DNA of 63,857 nt, filler included, from Octopus bimaculoides (taxonomy: Eukaryota): NCBI RefSeq assembly GCF_001194135.2. It is 7 parts of 7 records of this genome, joined end to end, with 100 filler letters (N's around TTAATTAATTAA, not from the genome) between each part and the next. Parts side by side here need not be neighbours in the genome. Positions count along the whole stretch, not along the records: positions 47,862 to 53,756 come from NW_026431683.1; positions 53,857 to 59,007 come from NC_069003.1; positions 59,108 to 62,346 come from NW_026345814.1; positions 62,447 to 63,857 come from NC_068991.1; 3 more parts are not named here. One strand, written 5' to 3'. A program made the translations under genes and the position numbers. The notes beneath the pieces were generated by a model that was given only the letters and a program-made list of their open reading frames with translations, was not told the origin of the DNA and made no database searches. Of the stretch, positions 53,568 through 63,857 are shown in pieces. Positions within the stretch are counted from its first letter, which is position 1, and each line of letters starts with the position of its first letter.

Positions 53568-56169
53568 TCACTTATGTTTATAGTTCCTGCTAAGGACTGA
53601 AACCTCCACCTGGCTATCATATCCCTGGTTCCATGCCCAAAAGGCTACCAAGGCAACCCTTACCCAAAAATACCGCAACCGAAGATCGAGCAATGAGAAC
53701 CGGCGTGCAAATTACTGCCGTATGCAAATGTGCTATACGCATGAATGCATACATACNNNNNNNNNNNNNNNNNNNNNNNNNNNNNNNNNNNNNNNNNNNN
53801 TTAATTAATTAANNNNNNNNNNNNNNNNNNNNNNNNNNNNNNNNNNNNNNNNNNNNAGTACAATAATAATTATATAATATATCATAATAATAATAATATA
53901 TAAACTCCGATTTAAAGCGACATTTATCTAAACGCTTGACTGAAAAATGATGAGCTAACCCAAACCAGAATCGAGCCCACAAATCAAAGCTTACATGGTT
54001 CCTTGTGCATTTTTTTTACAAATATTATATATAGTATTAGACAGTAATATATCAATACATATAATTTGGCTGAATTTGATGGATGAGCGGGTTGTCTCAA
54101 TCGGATTTGCAAGGAGTCATGTAAGCTTTGATTTTTGGGTTCGATTCTGGCCTGGGTTAGCTCATCATTTTTCAGTCAAACGTTTGGATAAATCTCGCTT
54201 TAAATCGGCGTATATATACATTGTTATCATAATATATTATTATATAGTTGTTATTCTGTGTGTGTGTGTGTGAGTGTGAGTGTGTGTGTGTGTGTGGTAA
54301 ATGAAAACAGAAGATGGAATATATGAGAATTTATTATTAATCACGACAATTGTTTCGACACGTCTAGCATCGATCCCTCATGGGTGAGACTCTTAACAAC
54401 TGGTTCAGAGGCATCCGGTGGCGCAGATGTGTCTCATCGAGTGATAAATAAACACAACTCCTTGAAATAGCAGTTCTTCTCATTTCGTAGAAAGAAAGTA
54501 GCAAAACGAAGGAAATATCTTCATTTACATAGAAGATCAAAAATAAAATCAAAGATGCAAAAAAGAAACGAACACGCAATACAGTGAGAAAAGTATCAAA
54601 AATAACCGTTAACAAATACGGATGTATAAACGCCCTCGCGCAAGCTGTATGGCGCGTGTACACTCGCTCATACAAGCATTCGCGAAAATGGAAACATACA
54701 CATACGTGAGGTTTGGTGCACTCACAATCACAAAGCCAGTTAAATCGCTACTCGGTGTTTATAAGAATAGGGAGGTTAAAAGTAAACTGAATTCATCCAT
54801 ACCTAAAGTAAATTATGTTAACAGTTACTTAGATTCATTCACATTGCATTATATATATATATANNNNNNNNNNNNNNNNNNNNNNNNNNNNNNNNNNNNN
54901 NNNNNNNNNNNNNNNNNNNNNNNNNNNNNNNNNNNNNNNNNNNNNNNNNNNNNNNNNNNNNNNNNNNNNNNNNNNNNNNNNNNNNNNNNNNNNNNNNNNN
55001 NNNNNNNNNNNNNNNNNNNNNNNNNNNNNNNNNNNNNNNNNNNNNNNNNNNNNNNNNNNNNNNNNNNNNNNNNNNNNNNNNNNNNNNNNNNNNNNNNNNN
55101 NNNNNNNNNNNNNNNNNNNNNNNNNNNNNNNNNNNNNNNNNNNNNNNNNNNNNNNNNNNNNNNNNNNNNNNNNNNNNNNNNNNNNNNNNNNNNNNNNNNN
55201 NNNNNNNNNNNNNNNNNNNNNNNNNNNNNNNNNNNNNNNNNNNNNNNNNNNNNNNNNNNNNNNNNNNNNNNNNNNNNNNNNNNNNNNNNNNNNNNNNNNN
55301 NNNNNAGATAGATAGATATATATATATATATATGTATGTGTAGCTCATGTATATGTGTATATATATATATATATAGATATATATATATAGATAGATAGAT
55401 ATATATATATATATATGTATGTGTAGCTCATGTATATGTGTATATATAAAACCTGACAAAAGAAACACATAATGTCACTCACCGTTGTTGGTATCCTTTT
55501 TCACCCCTTTTCTCCACCCAGTCAACCAAATGCACCCTTTTTGCACAACCTGACTCTTTTCCCACTCAAAATCATAAGCACCACGATTTTAATTTTACTT
55601 CCACCATACTTGCTTCTTTGTATAATTGTCTGTTTGTTTATAACCCTTTCCCATAAATACCTTATTTCTCTTGCCTTCATCTCCTCTTCCTCCTATTTCA
55701 CCTCCTACCCTACTTTACTTTCCTATTTTATCAAGCACGTTTTCACTTATTCCCTTCATTCTCCCCAATCACCTTCCTTTCTCTCTCTCTCTGTCTCTCT
55801 CTCTCTCTGTCTTCCTTTCCCCAAATTTTCTCCCCTTTTTTCTCCCTCATTATTTTATTATTTTATATTTCCTTTCATTCCACCCGCTTATCCTTCTTCC
55901 TTATTTTCCACCCTCTTACCTTGTAATCCTAAACGAGCAATCTATTACCTTACATGTGGTTTCCAAAATTTCACAGGGACAGGAGCGTTGGACACTGCTA
56001 TCCCAGCTTCGCAGTTCCATCCACCGTGGTCAGCTGTGACCACCAACGCTGGTGAGTGTGCAGCCGCGTGACAAACTTCACTTTTAGACGACAATGTGCA
56101 ATCAACTCGGTTTTTGCTTTTTTTAGGTAGAAATCTGCTAGTCTCTCTTCCTTCGTTTGTTTGTTCACT

Positions 56170-56225
<56 letters not shown>

Positions 56226-56399
56226 TTTCGTCATAATAATAATTATAATAATAATATAAAAGAATAGCTCTAAAGTGCCGATTCAGCAATGATGAGAGCG
56301 AAACAGGAGTTACTTAATCTCCAGATGTAAAGTTTTAGCACCAACTGAGTATAAATCAAGACATGACAGAGTTGGCCAGTATCAACACAGGTTAATATG

Positions 56400-56940
56400 T
56401 CGGCATTATAATTGTTGACAAGTAAATCTCCCTGTAACTGAGGGAAAACATGTAATGCTTCTTCGAGACTTTCCAGAAAATACACATGGAACCATCAAAG
56501 CTAATAAACTGGATTTTGTTGTTAAAGACCAAAATAATAAAGTGTGTTTATTGATCAACACGAGTATCCCTGTGACCATAATATTTCTGTAAAAGAATTT
56601 GACAAGCTCAGAAAAATATAAGGATTTGCTCGCTAAAATCAAAAAATTATGGCGTCTCAATTACAATATCAGTGATTGTAGGAGCACTTGGAAAAAAGGA
56701 ACTGAAAATTATTTGAGAATATTCGCAAGCATACTATTCCTGCAAGAAGTGCAAAAGATTGTTTTGATTGGTACGTCACAAGTATTGAGAAGTATTGTCA
56801 CTGTGAGAACGATATAACTAAATTTTTTTTCTCACACCTTTATTTGATTCTCTAACTGAACAATCTGGTGCGTTTATTTTAATGGCCTATCAATATATAC
56901 AATGAGTTCCTTGTCCTCCAGCTATCGGGGAAACACTCCG
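56400..56940 (+). mobile_element. Degenerate R4/Dong-type LINE 3' end (RLE domain)
   Basis: PCDHNISVKEFDKLRKYKDLLAKIKKLW, VGALG and EVQKIVLIGTSQVLRSIV. Confidence 0.7.
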
Positions 56941-57190
56941 CAAAGAAACGGAAACGAAATTGAAAGAAGAAAACTTAATCATAATATAATCTTTCCAACT
57001 ATAAACACAAGGCCAGAAATATTTTGAGAGTGGGCGATAATCGATTACAACGACCCCGGTGCTCAACTGGTACTTGATTTATCGACCCCGAAAAGATGGA
57101 AGACAAATTTCAATTCAAAACGTAAAGTTGGAATTAATGCCGCTAAGTACTTTTGTCCGAAGCGTTAACGTTTCTGCCAGTCCACTGCCT

Positions 57191-57259
<69 letters not shown>

Positions 57260-57261
<2 letters not shown>

Positions 57262-57620
57262 GAGCACTCAGAGAGCGCAAACCAAGGCAACACCAACGTC
57301 CGCTCAACGATTAGCCGGAGATGATTTTTAAAATGAGAATATCTGAAATAAACTCAACTGCTCTCGCAAACGAGAATACTAAAAATGAACCCGACCGCTC
57401 TCAAAAATTAAGTTAAAAAACAAGCAGGAAAAATAACCCAGAATAGTTGTCCGGTATCGGATCGATCCCAAAATCTAATCAGTTCGTGCCAGTCTCGAGG
57501 CCCAAACATCCCTGAAAGTTTCATCCGAATCCATCCAGTGGTTCTTGAGAGCAGGCAAACAAACAAACAAACAAACACGACTGAAAACAATACCTCCACC
57601 TTCGCTAAGGCGGAGGTAAT
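57260..57620 (+). mobile_element. Helentron/DINE-1-like non-autonomous element
   Basis: Internal (CAAA)n tract and terminal hairpin ACCTCCACC-TTCGCTAA-GGCGGAGGT (57592-57618), inserted in TAA repeats. A second, truncated copy is at 58126-58362. Confidence 0.6.
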
Positions 57621-57639
57621 AACAATAACAATGATGATG

Positions 57640-57701
<62 letters not shown>

Positions 57702-57770
57702 NNNNNNNNNNNNNNNNNNNNNNNNNNNNNNNNNNNNNNNNNNNNNNNNNNNNNNNNNNNNNNNNNNNNN

Positions 57771-58090
57771 NAAAAACTTTCAAAATACAAAAACCTGGAA
57801 ATAGAGATAACTCGAATGTGGAATCTAAAAACAGAAACAATTCCTATCATAGTAGGTGCCTTAGGTATAATAAAAAAATATTCAGACAAATACATAACAA
57901 AAACACCAGGACTTACAAATATATATAACATACAGAAAATTGCACTACTGGGTACTGCACACATTCTACGCAAAACACTTTCAATACAGTAAACATAAGA
58001 GCACCACAGCAAACCACAGCACATACCCAAGGCGCACAGAGCTGCGCTCGGTAGTGAAGTGAAAGCACGTTATAAAAATAAAACTACTGA
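57771..58090 (+). mobile_element. R4/Dong-type LINE 3' end with UTR and (TAA)n
   Basis: TIPIIVGALGIIKK..IQKIALLGTAHILRKTLSIQ*. Confidence 0.75.
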
Positions 58091-58359
58091 ATAATAATAA
58101 TAATAATAATATTAATAATAATAATAAGAGCACTCAGAGAGCGCAAAACTTCGCCAAGGCAACATCAACGTCCGCTCAACGATTAGCCGGAGATGATTTT
58201 TAAAATGAGAATATCTGAAATAAACTCGACTGCTCTCACGGACGAGAATACTAAAAATGAACCCAACCGCTCTAAAAAAATAAGTAAAAAATAAAACAGG
58301 AAGAATAATCCAGAATACGTCTCCGGTACCGGACTGATCCCAGAATCTAATCAGTTCGT

Positions 58360-58950
58360 GCCAGCCACGAAGCCAGAGAACCTTGCACAAAAAGAATACA
58401 AACGCCGCCACGATGAAATGTGTGTGGATCTTCATTGGCTCTTATGTTGTAAATACCAATATGAAGTAACACAGAACTGGTATGAGCATGTCCCAAGTAA
58501 AGTTATGCAGGAGGATGGAAAGGTAACGATACTCTGGGACTATGATTTTCAGACGGATCTTGTAATCGAACACCGTCGGCCGGATATTGTCATATTGAAT
58601 AAAGAGACAAATACCGTCAGATCATTGATGTAGCCATACTAAATGACATGAATGTTGTGAGTAAAGAGGTTGAAAAAATCACCAAGTACTCCGAATTGAA
58701 AGTGGAAATTGCAAGAATGCGAGAGGATAATACGAGAGGATAATGTAAAAGTGATAGCAGTGGTGATCGGAGCGTAGGGCTCAATCCCATTGAAACTTCA
58801 AGACTTCTTAAGGCAACTGGAAATCCCATGCAAAAAGTAGCTTCATTGGGCACAGCGCACATCTTAAGAAAAGTATTATCTGTCTGAGATCCTTGTTGTG
58901 ATGACTAAAGACTCCGGGGCATTTTTACCTACACTGTGTTACGAAGGAAT
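58360..58950 (+). mobile_element. R4/Dong-type LINE fragment (RHD motif through RLE) with (TAA)n tail
   Basis: YKRRHDEMC..HW..WYEH..TILWD..EHRRPDIVIL..IDVAI..EKITKY..QKVASLGTAHILRKVLS. Confidence 0.8.
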
Positions 58951-59157
58951 AATAATAATAATAGTAGTAATAATAATAATAATTATTATTATTATTATTA
59001 TTATTATNNNNNNNNNNNNNNNNNNNNNNNNNNNNNNNNNNNNNNNNNNNNTTAATTAATTAANNNNNNNNNNNNNNNNNNNNNNNNNNNNNNNNNNNNN
59101 NNNNNNNTATATACATATATATACACCCATATATATATACATATATATACACCCATA

Positions 59158-59495
59158 GTTACAACGACGATGGTTCCAGTTGATCATGAAATTAACGTGT
59201 AAGTGGCTGAGAACTCCACAGACACGTGTACCCTTAACGTAGTTCTCGGGAAGATTCAGCGTGATACAATGTGTGAGAAGGTTGGCCCTTTGAAATAAAG
59301 GTACAACAGTAACAGGAAGAAAGAGTGAGAGAGAGTTATGGTGAAAGAGAGTTCTCCACCACCCCCTGTCAGAGCTTCGTGGAGCTTTAGGTGTTTTTGA
59401 TTAATAAACACTCACAGCGCCTAGTCTGGGAATCGAAACCGGGATCCCACGACCGCGAATCTGCTGCCCTAACCACTGGGCGATTTCGCCTCCAC
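59158..59495 (-). mobile_element. Family C SINE
   Basis: Reverse complement of 27601-27972. Confidence 0.75.
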
Positions 59496-59646
59496 GCCAA
59501 AGAAATAGTGGATTATAAACATAAATCTCATTTTTATTAGATGGGGAAAATTCAGAACACCTTCTCTCTATTCCTTCTCCGCTTAATGTTAATACTTTGA
59601 ACCATTATTTCAAGCCACAATGATCCTGAGATCAGTAGCTCTAAAG

Positions 59647-61075
59647 CAGAGATTCTCAACAATTTCTTTTTATCTACAGGCACCTTGGAAATGCTATTCT
59701 ATTCTGGAGGACCCCCATAGTTGTTTAATGTTTCAAANNNNNNNNNNAGCATTTTCGACACCTCCTTTTTGCTTTTAATCAAGGTTCTAAGGCCGCTCGC
59801 GACATTTCTGTTGTGTATGCAGAGGGTACCATAGATGAAAGAACCGCTCGTGATTGGTATGCCAAGTTCAAAAATGGAAATTTTGACCTGAAAGACGCAC
59901 CTCGTTCTGGCCGTCCAATTGAATTCGATGAAGAGCGATTAAACCAACTTTTGCACGAAAATTCTCGTCAAACGACAAGGGAACTGGCAGAGAAAATGGA
60001 ATGCTCTCACACTGCTATAGAAAAGCATCTTCACTCGATAGGAAAGGTTCAGAAGTATGGAGCATGGGTTTCGCATGCTTTTAGCGACAACAACAAAAAT
60101 CAACGAGACACAATCTCCGCTGGTTTGCTTACTCGTCACTGCTCAACTCATGGACACAAGCAACGATTTCTTTACCGAATCGTTACTGGCAACAAAAAAT
60201 GGTGCCTGTACATCAATATGAAGCAGCGTAAGAAATGACTTAGCCCCGGTAAACAAGCGACATCGCGCGTGAAACAAGATCTTCATCCGCGTAAAACGAT
60301 GTTGTGCGTCTGGTGGGACTGGGAAGGGATTATCCATTACGAATTACTTGAATGGAACCAAACTGTCAACGCGGAACTCTATGTTCAACAGATGGAACGA
60401 CTCAACACGGCTATTCAAGAGAAAAGACCTAATCGACAGCATGGAGTTCTTCAGCTCCACGACAACGCCCGCCCTCATATCGCCAATATGACCAAGGAAG
60501 CCATTCAACGCATGACTGGGAAGTGCTGCCACACCCACCGAACTCTCCTGATTTGGCACCAACGGATTTCCACCTCTTTCGATCCCTTTCAAATGTTATG
60601 CGCGGAGTTTCGTTCAATACTAATTCAGAACTGAGAGCTTGGTTGGATCAATTTTTCGAGTCGAAATCGGGTGATTTCTACCAACGAGGTATTTATAGAA
60701 AATCTTGTTGAACGTTGAGAAGTTGTAAACAACAAGGGTGAATGTATTATTGATTAATTAGTTATTTTTTTATTAAACCTTTTAAAAAATTTAAAAAACG
60801 ATGGGAACTTAGTTGCCAACCCGATAAAAACTTCTTTCAAACTTCCTATTTTGTTCTTCCCTCGTGAAGTTGGATAGGTTGAACTATGTAAAATGTCAGA
60901 GAAACAAACCTAATTGTTTCTTGCAATGTATACCAATACATACATCTAAAGCAATTTTTTTCAGGGGCCCTTAAAATACTATAGTGGATCCCCAATTTAC
61001 TATTTGGTTGCGCGGACACCCAAAAATTTTATATGGACCCTCAGGGGCCATATGGTCCCCGGTTGAGAACCACTG
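59647..61075. mobile_element. hAT/Charlie-type MITE containing a nested mariner
   Basis: TIRs CAGAGATTCTCAAC / GTTGAGAACCACTG with a perfect 8-bp TSD CTCTAAAG (59639-59646 and 61076-61083). Related to 10423-10654. Confidence 0.85.
59748..60824 (+). mobile_element. Mariner transposase pseudogene with right TIR
   Basis: Overlapping ORFs give WYAKFKNGNFDLKDAPRSGRP, IVTGNKKW (first catalytic D lost), WWDWEG, HDNARPH and SPDLAPTDFHLF. The TIR ends ..TTAGTTGCCAACCCGA followed by TA. Confidence 0.92.
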
Positions 61076-61109
61076 CTCTAAAGGATCATAAACCATCATT
61101 CAATTTGTA

Positions 61110-61340
61110 CTCTGCAGATGAAAATCAAGAAACACTACTACAAACATTACACAGATTTACTAGAAGTATTGAGAGAACATCAGGTTTAAGAAAATGAACC
61201 AATGCGACTCTGAAAGTTAAGAATACTAATATAATATTAGATAACGACACGAACATAAGATAGTTAAACCAAACAGAAACTTACAAATATTCAGGCATTA
61301 ATGAACTAGACAGACACAAATAAGTGGAAGGTTTAGATAG
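61110..61340 (+). mobile_element. Very degenerate R4-like RT C-terminal fragment
   Basis: Translates to TLHRFTRSI..GLRK..TETYKYSGINE (cf. YKYLGI). Confidence 0.4.
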
Positions 61341-62297
61341 GAATATTATAGACATAACAGTTTAATATTTAGAGGAGAGATAAATAAAAGAAACAAGTTA
61401 ATAACCAGGTTATGATTTATATTTATAATGTTCGCAATTTGTCGCTAGAGGAATTAGCAAGACTAGACAGAATGTAATGATTGCATTTCCAATAAAGAAA
61501 AACCTAAAATTCGTTACAGAAATGTAACATTTATCACAATTACAAGATGAAAGTCATATGCAAAGAGAAAGTTATTGTAAAATATCACGGTAAGGCTACA
61601 AAACTTTTCCACTACATAATCATGGAAAACTGTTCAAATAGCTACAAAGCAGGATGGGAAAAAACCCGCTCCTGTTTTGAAGAAAATTAAAAAAATACAA
61701 AACGGTAACCAAATGTGACAGACGATTATGAGAAATTGGAAATAACAACAGAAATTGTTAAAAAGCTAAAATAGAAACTAGCCAAAAATAGGTTTACAGA
61801 ATGTCGTACTAAAATGATTGTAAGAAAACCTCCTACACTGCCTAATAGGTAAAACACTGCTTGGTAAGAAAATGAATACAAAAAACAAAGAATCACAGCA
61901 CCGACTGAGGCTAAACAAATTTGATTACTCGACAAGAATATTGTTTTCTCTTTAGAAATCAGTAAAAGATTGTAATTAAGCTGGAAATATGGAATGTATG
62001 AAATCACTTCAGAATATATGAAATATATAACTTCAGATATATGAAATATACGAGATAACTTCAGAAAAAGTTGATGAAGACATGCGTAAGTGTCTTATCT
62101 TTAACTTGTGCAACTTCGCTTCGAGAGAATACAAACACAGGCGTGACAAATTAAGGAGGTTTTTTTAGTACATTTTATACATTGCTAGCATTATGAAATT
62201 TCCTTGTAAAAAAAGAATTTTATGTCACGGACAAAGTGGACATATTGGAATAAGAAGAAAAGTAGAAATCACCATACTATACTTCTTCTTCTTTTGA

Positions 62298-62335
<38 letters not shown>

Positions 62336-62446
62336 TTATGTTTGACNNNNNNNNNNNNNNNNNNNNNNNNNNNNNNNNNNNNNNNNNNNNTTAATTAATT
62401 AANNNNNNNNNNNNNNNNNNNNNNNNNNNNNNNNNNNNNNNNNNNN

Positions 62447-63820
62447 CTTACACTCTGTCGAGTATGCACACTGACATTACACATCCAGCGGAGCATACTG
62501 GCTTCATTCCTTGCGAGCCTACGCATGTCATCAGCAGTCACGGCCCATGTTTCACTGCCATGAAGCATGGCTGTTTGTACACATGCGTCATACAGTGTGC
62601 GTTTTACTCTGAGAGAGAGACCCTTTGTCACCAGCAGAGGTAAGAGCTCTCTGAACTTTGCCCAGGCTATTCTTAGTCTAGCAGCTACACTTTCAGTGCA
62701 CCCTCCCCAACTACAAGCTTGGTCACCTAGATAGCGGAAGCTATCAACCACTTCTAGTTTTTCTCCCTGGAATGTGGAAAAAGTTGTTTTCTGCACATTT
62801 ACAGTGTTTATAGCTCCTGAACATCTACTACATACAAAAACTAACTTCCTAGTTAACTTTCCTTTGATATTGCTGCACCTCTTATGTGTCCATAGCTTGC
62901 ACTGAGTGCATCTTATAAAGTTTCTACCTACACCTTTTCTACAGATCGAGCAGGGCCATCTACCTGAAGGGGTTTGTGTTTTTTTCTACCTTCCTACTTA
63001 TTAGGACTTTGGCTTTAGCTAGGTTGACTCAAAAGCCCTTCCATTCTAGTCCTTGCTTCCACACCTGAAACTTCTCCTCTAGTTCTGATAGTGACTCAGC
63101 TATTAGTGCAAGGTCATCAGCATAGAGGAGCTCCCATGAGCAGCCTGTCTTGAATTCCTCTTTTATAGCCTGGAGGACTATGATAAATAGGAGGGGGCTG
63201 AGGACAGAACCTTGGTGGACCACTACCTCCACCTGGAATTCTTCACTGTAGTCATTTCCAACCCTCACCTTACTGACAGCGTCTCTGTACATGGCCCGCA
63301 CAGCTCTCACTAACCATTCTTCTATCCCTAGTTTCCTCATTGACCACAAGATGAGGGATCGGGGGACCCTGTCAAAGGCTTTCTCCATGTCAACGAAAGT
63401 CAGGTACAGAGGTTTGTCCTTGGCTAGGTATTTCTCCTGAAGCTGTCTTACCAGAAATATAGCATCAGTGGTGCTTTTCCCAGGCACGAAGCCAAACTGC
63501 ATCTCATGTAAACTGACTCGCTCCCTAAGTAGTTGGGCTGTGACCCTCTCCGTCACTTTCATTACCTGATCTAACAACTTGATACCCCTGTAATTATTTG
63601 TATCTAAAGCGTCACCTTTACCTTTGTAGCAGTTGACTATGGTGCTGCTACACCAGCCATTGGGTATGACTCCTTCGTGTATCACCTGGTTAACAATACG
63701 GGTGACTAGGCTATAGCCGACACTGCCAGATATTTTGAGCAGTGATTTCTGATGGGCCGGGGGCCTTCCCTGTCTTCATATTCTTAATTGCTTTATCTAC
63801 CATGGTACCGTCATATATAA
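62447..63820 (-). mobile_element. RTE-clade LINE ORF2 fragment (RT, PHD-like finger, C-terminus), disrupted
   Basis: NYRGIKLL, QFGFVPGKSTTDAIF, FVDMEKAFDRV, HQGSVLSPLLF, LLYADD, FRYLG and MLHGSETW. A stop and a frameshift lie near 62970-63030. Confidence 0.92.
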
Positions 63821-63852
<32 letters not shown>

Positions 63853-63857
63853 GTATG

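Overview
AT-rich, repeat-dominated animal genomic DNA. The SINE families and microsatellite load look like octopus/cephalopod DNA, but that is my recognition, not a database result. The window is not one contiguous locus: six identical 100-bp spacers (44 N + TTAATTAATTAA + 44 N) join seven scaffolds (1-24784, 24885-40599, 40700-47761, 47862-53756, 53857-59007, 59108-62346, 62447-63857). I recognise no intact host protein-coding gene, and almost all long ORFs in the track are microsatellite or N-gap artefacts. Supportable content: tRNA-derived SINEs of three families, RTE, R4/Dong-type and CR1-like LINE fragments, Penelope-like (GIY-YIG) remnants, mariner and Tc1 relics, hAT MITEs with 8-bp TSDs, Helentron-type non-autonomous elements and a ~3-4 kb tandem triplication. 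The top finding is a 300-nt near-perfect rod-folding element at 45381-45680 that carries a type I hammerhead ribozyme in each polarity, an architecture resembling viroid-like RNAs, next to Penelope-like remnants. Other notable items: further hammerheads, a GIY-YIG nuclease split by a ~160-codon low-complexity insert, a GIY-YIG palindrome, a putative Ginger-like TIR element containing a canonical promoter, and an unexplained convergent pair of structured sequences in each unit of the triplication. All alignments and folds were done by eye.
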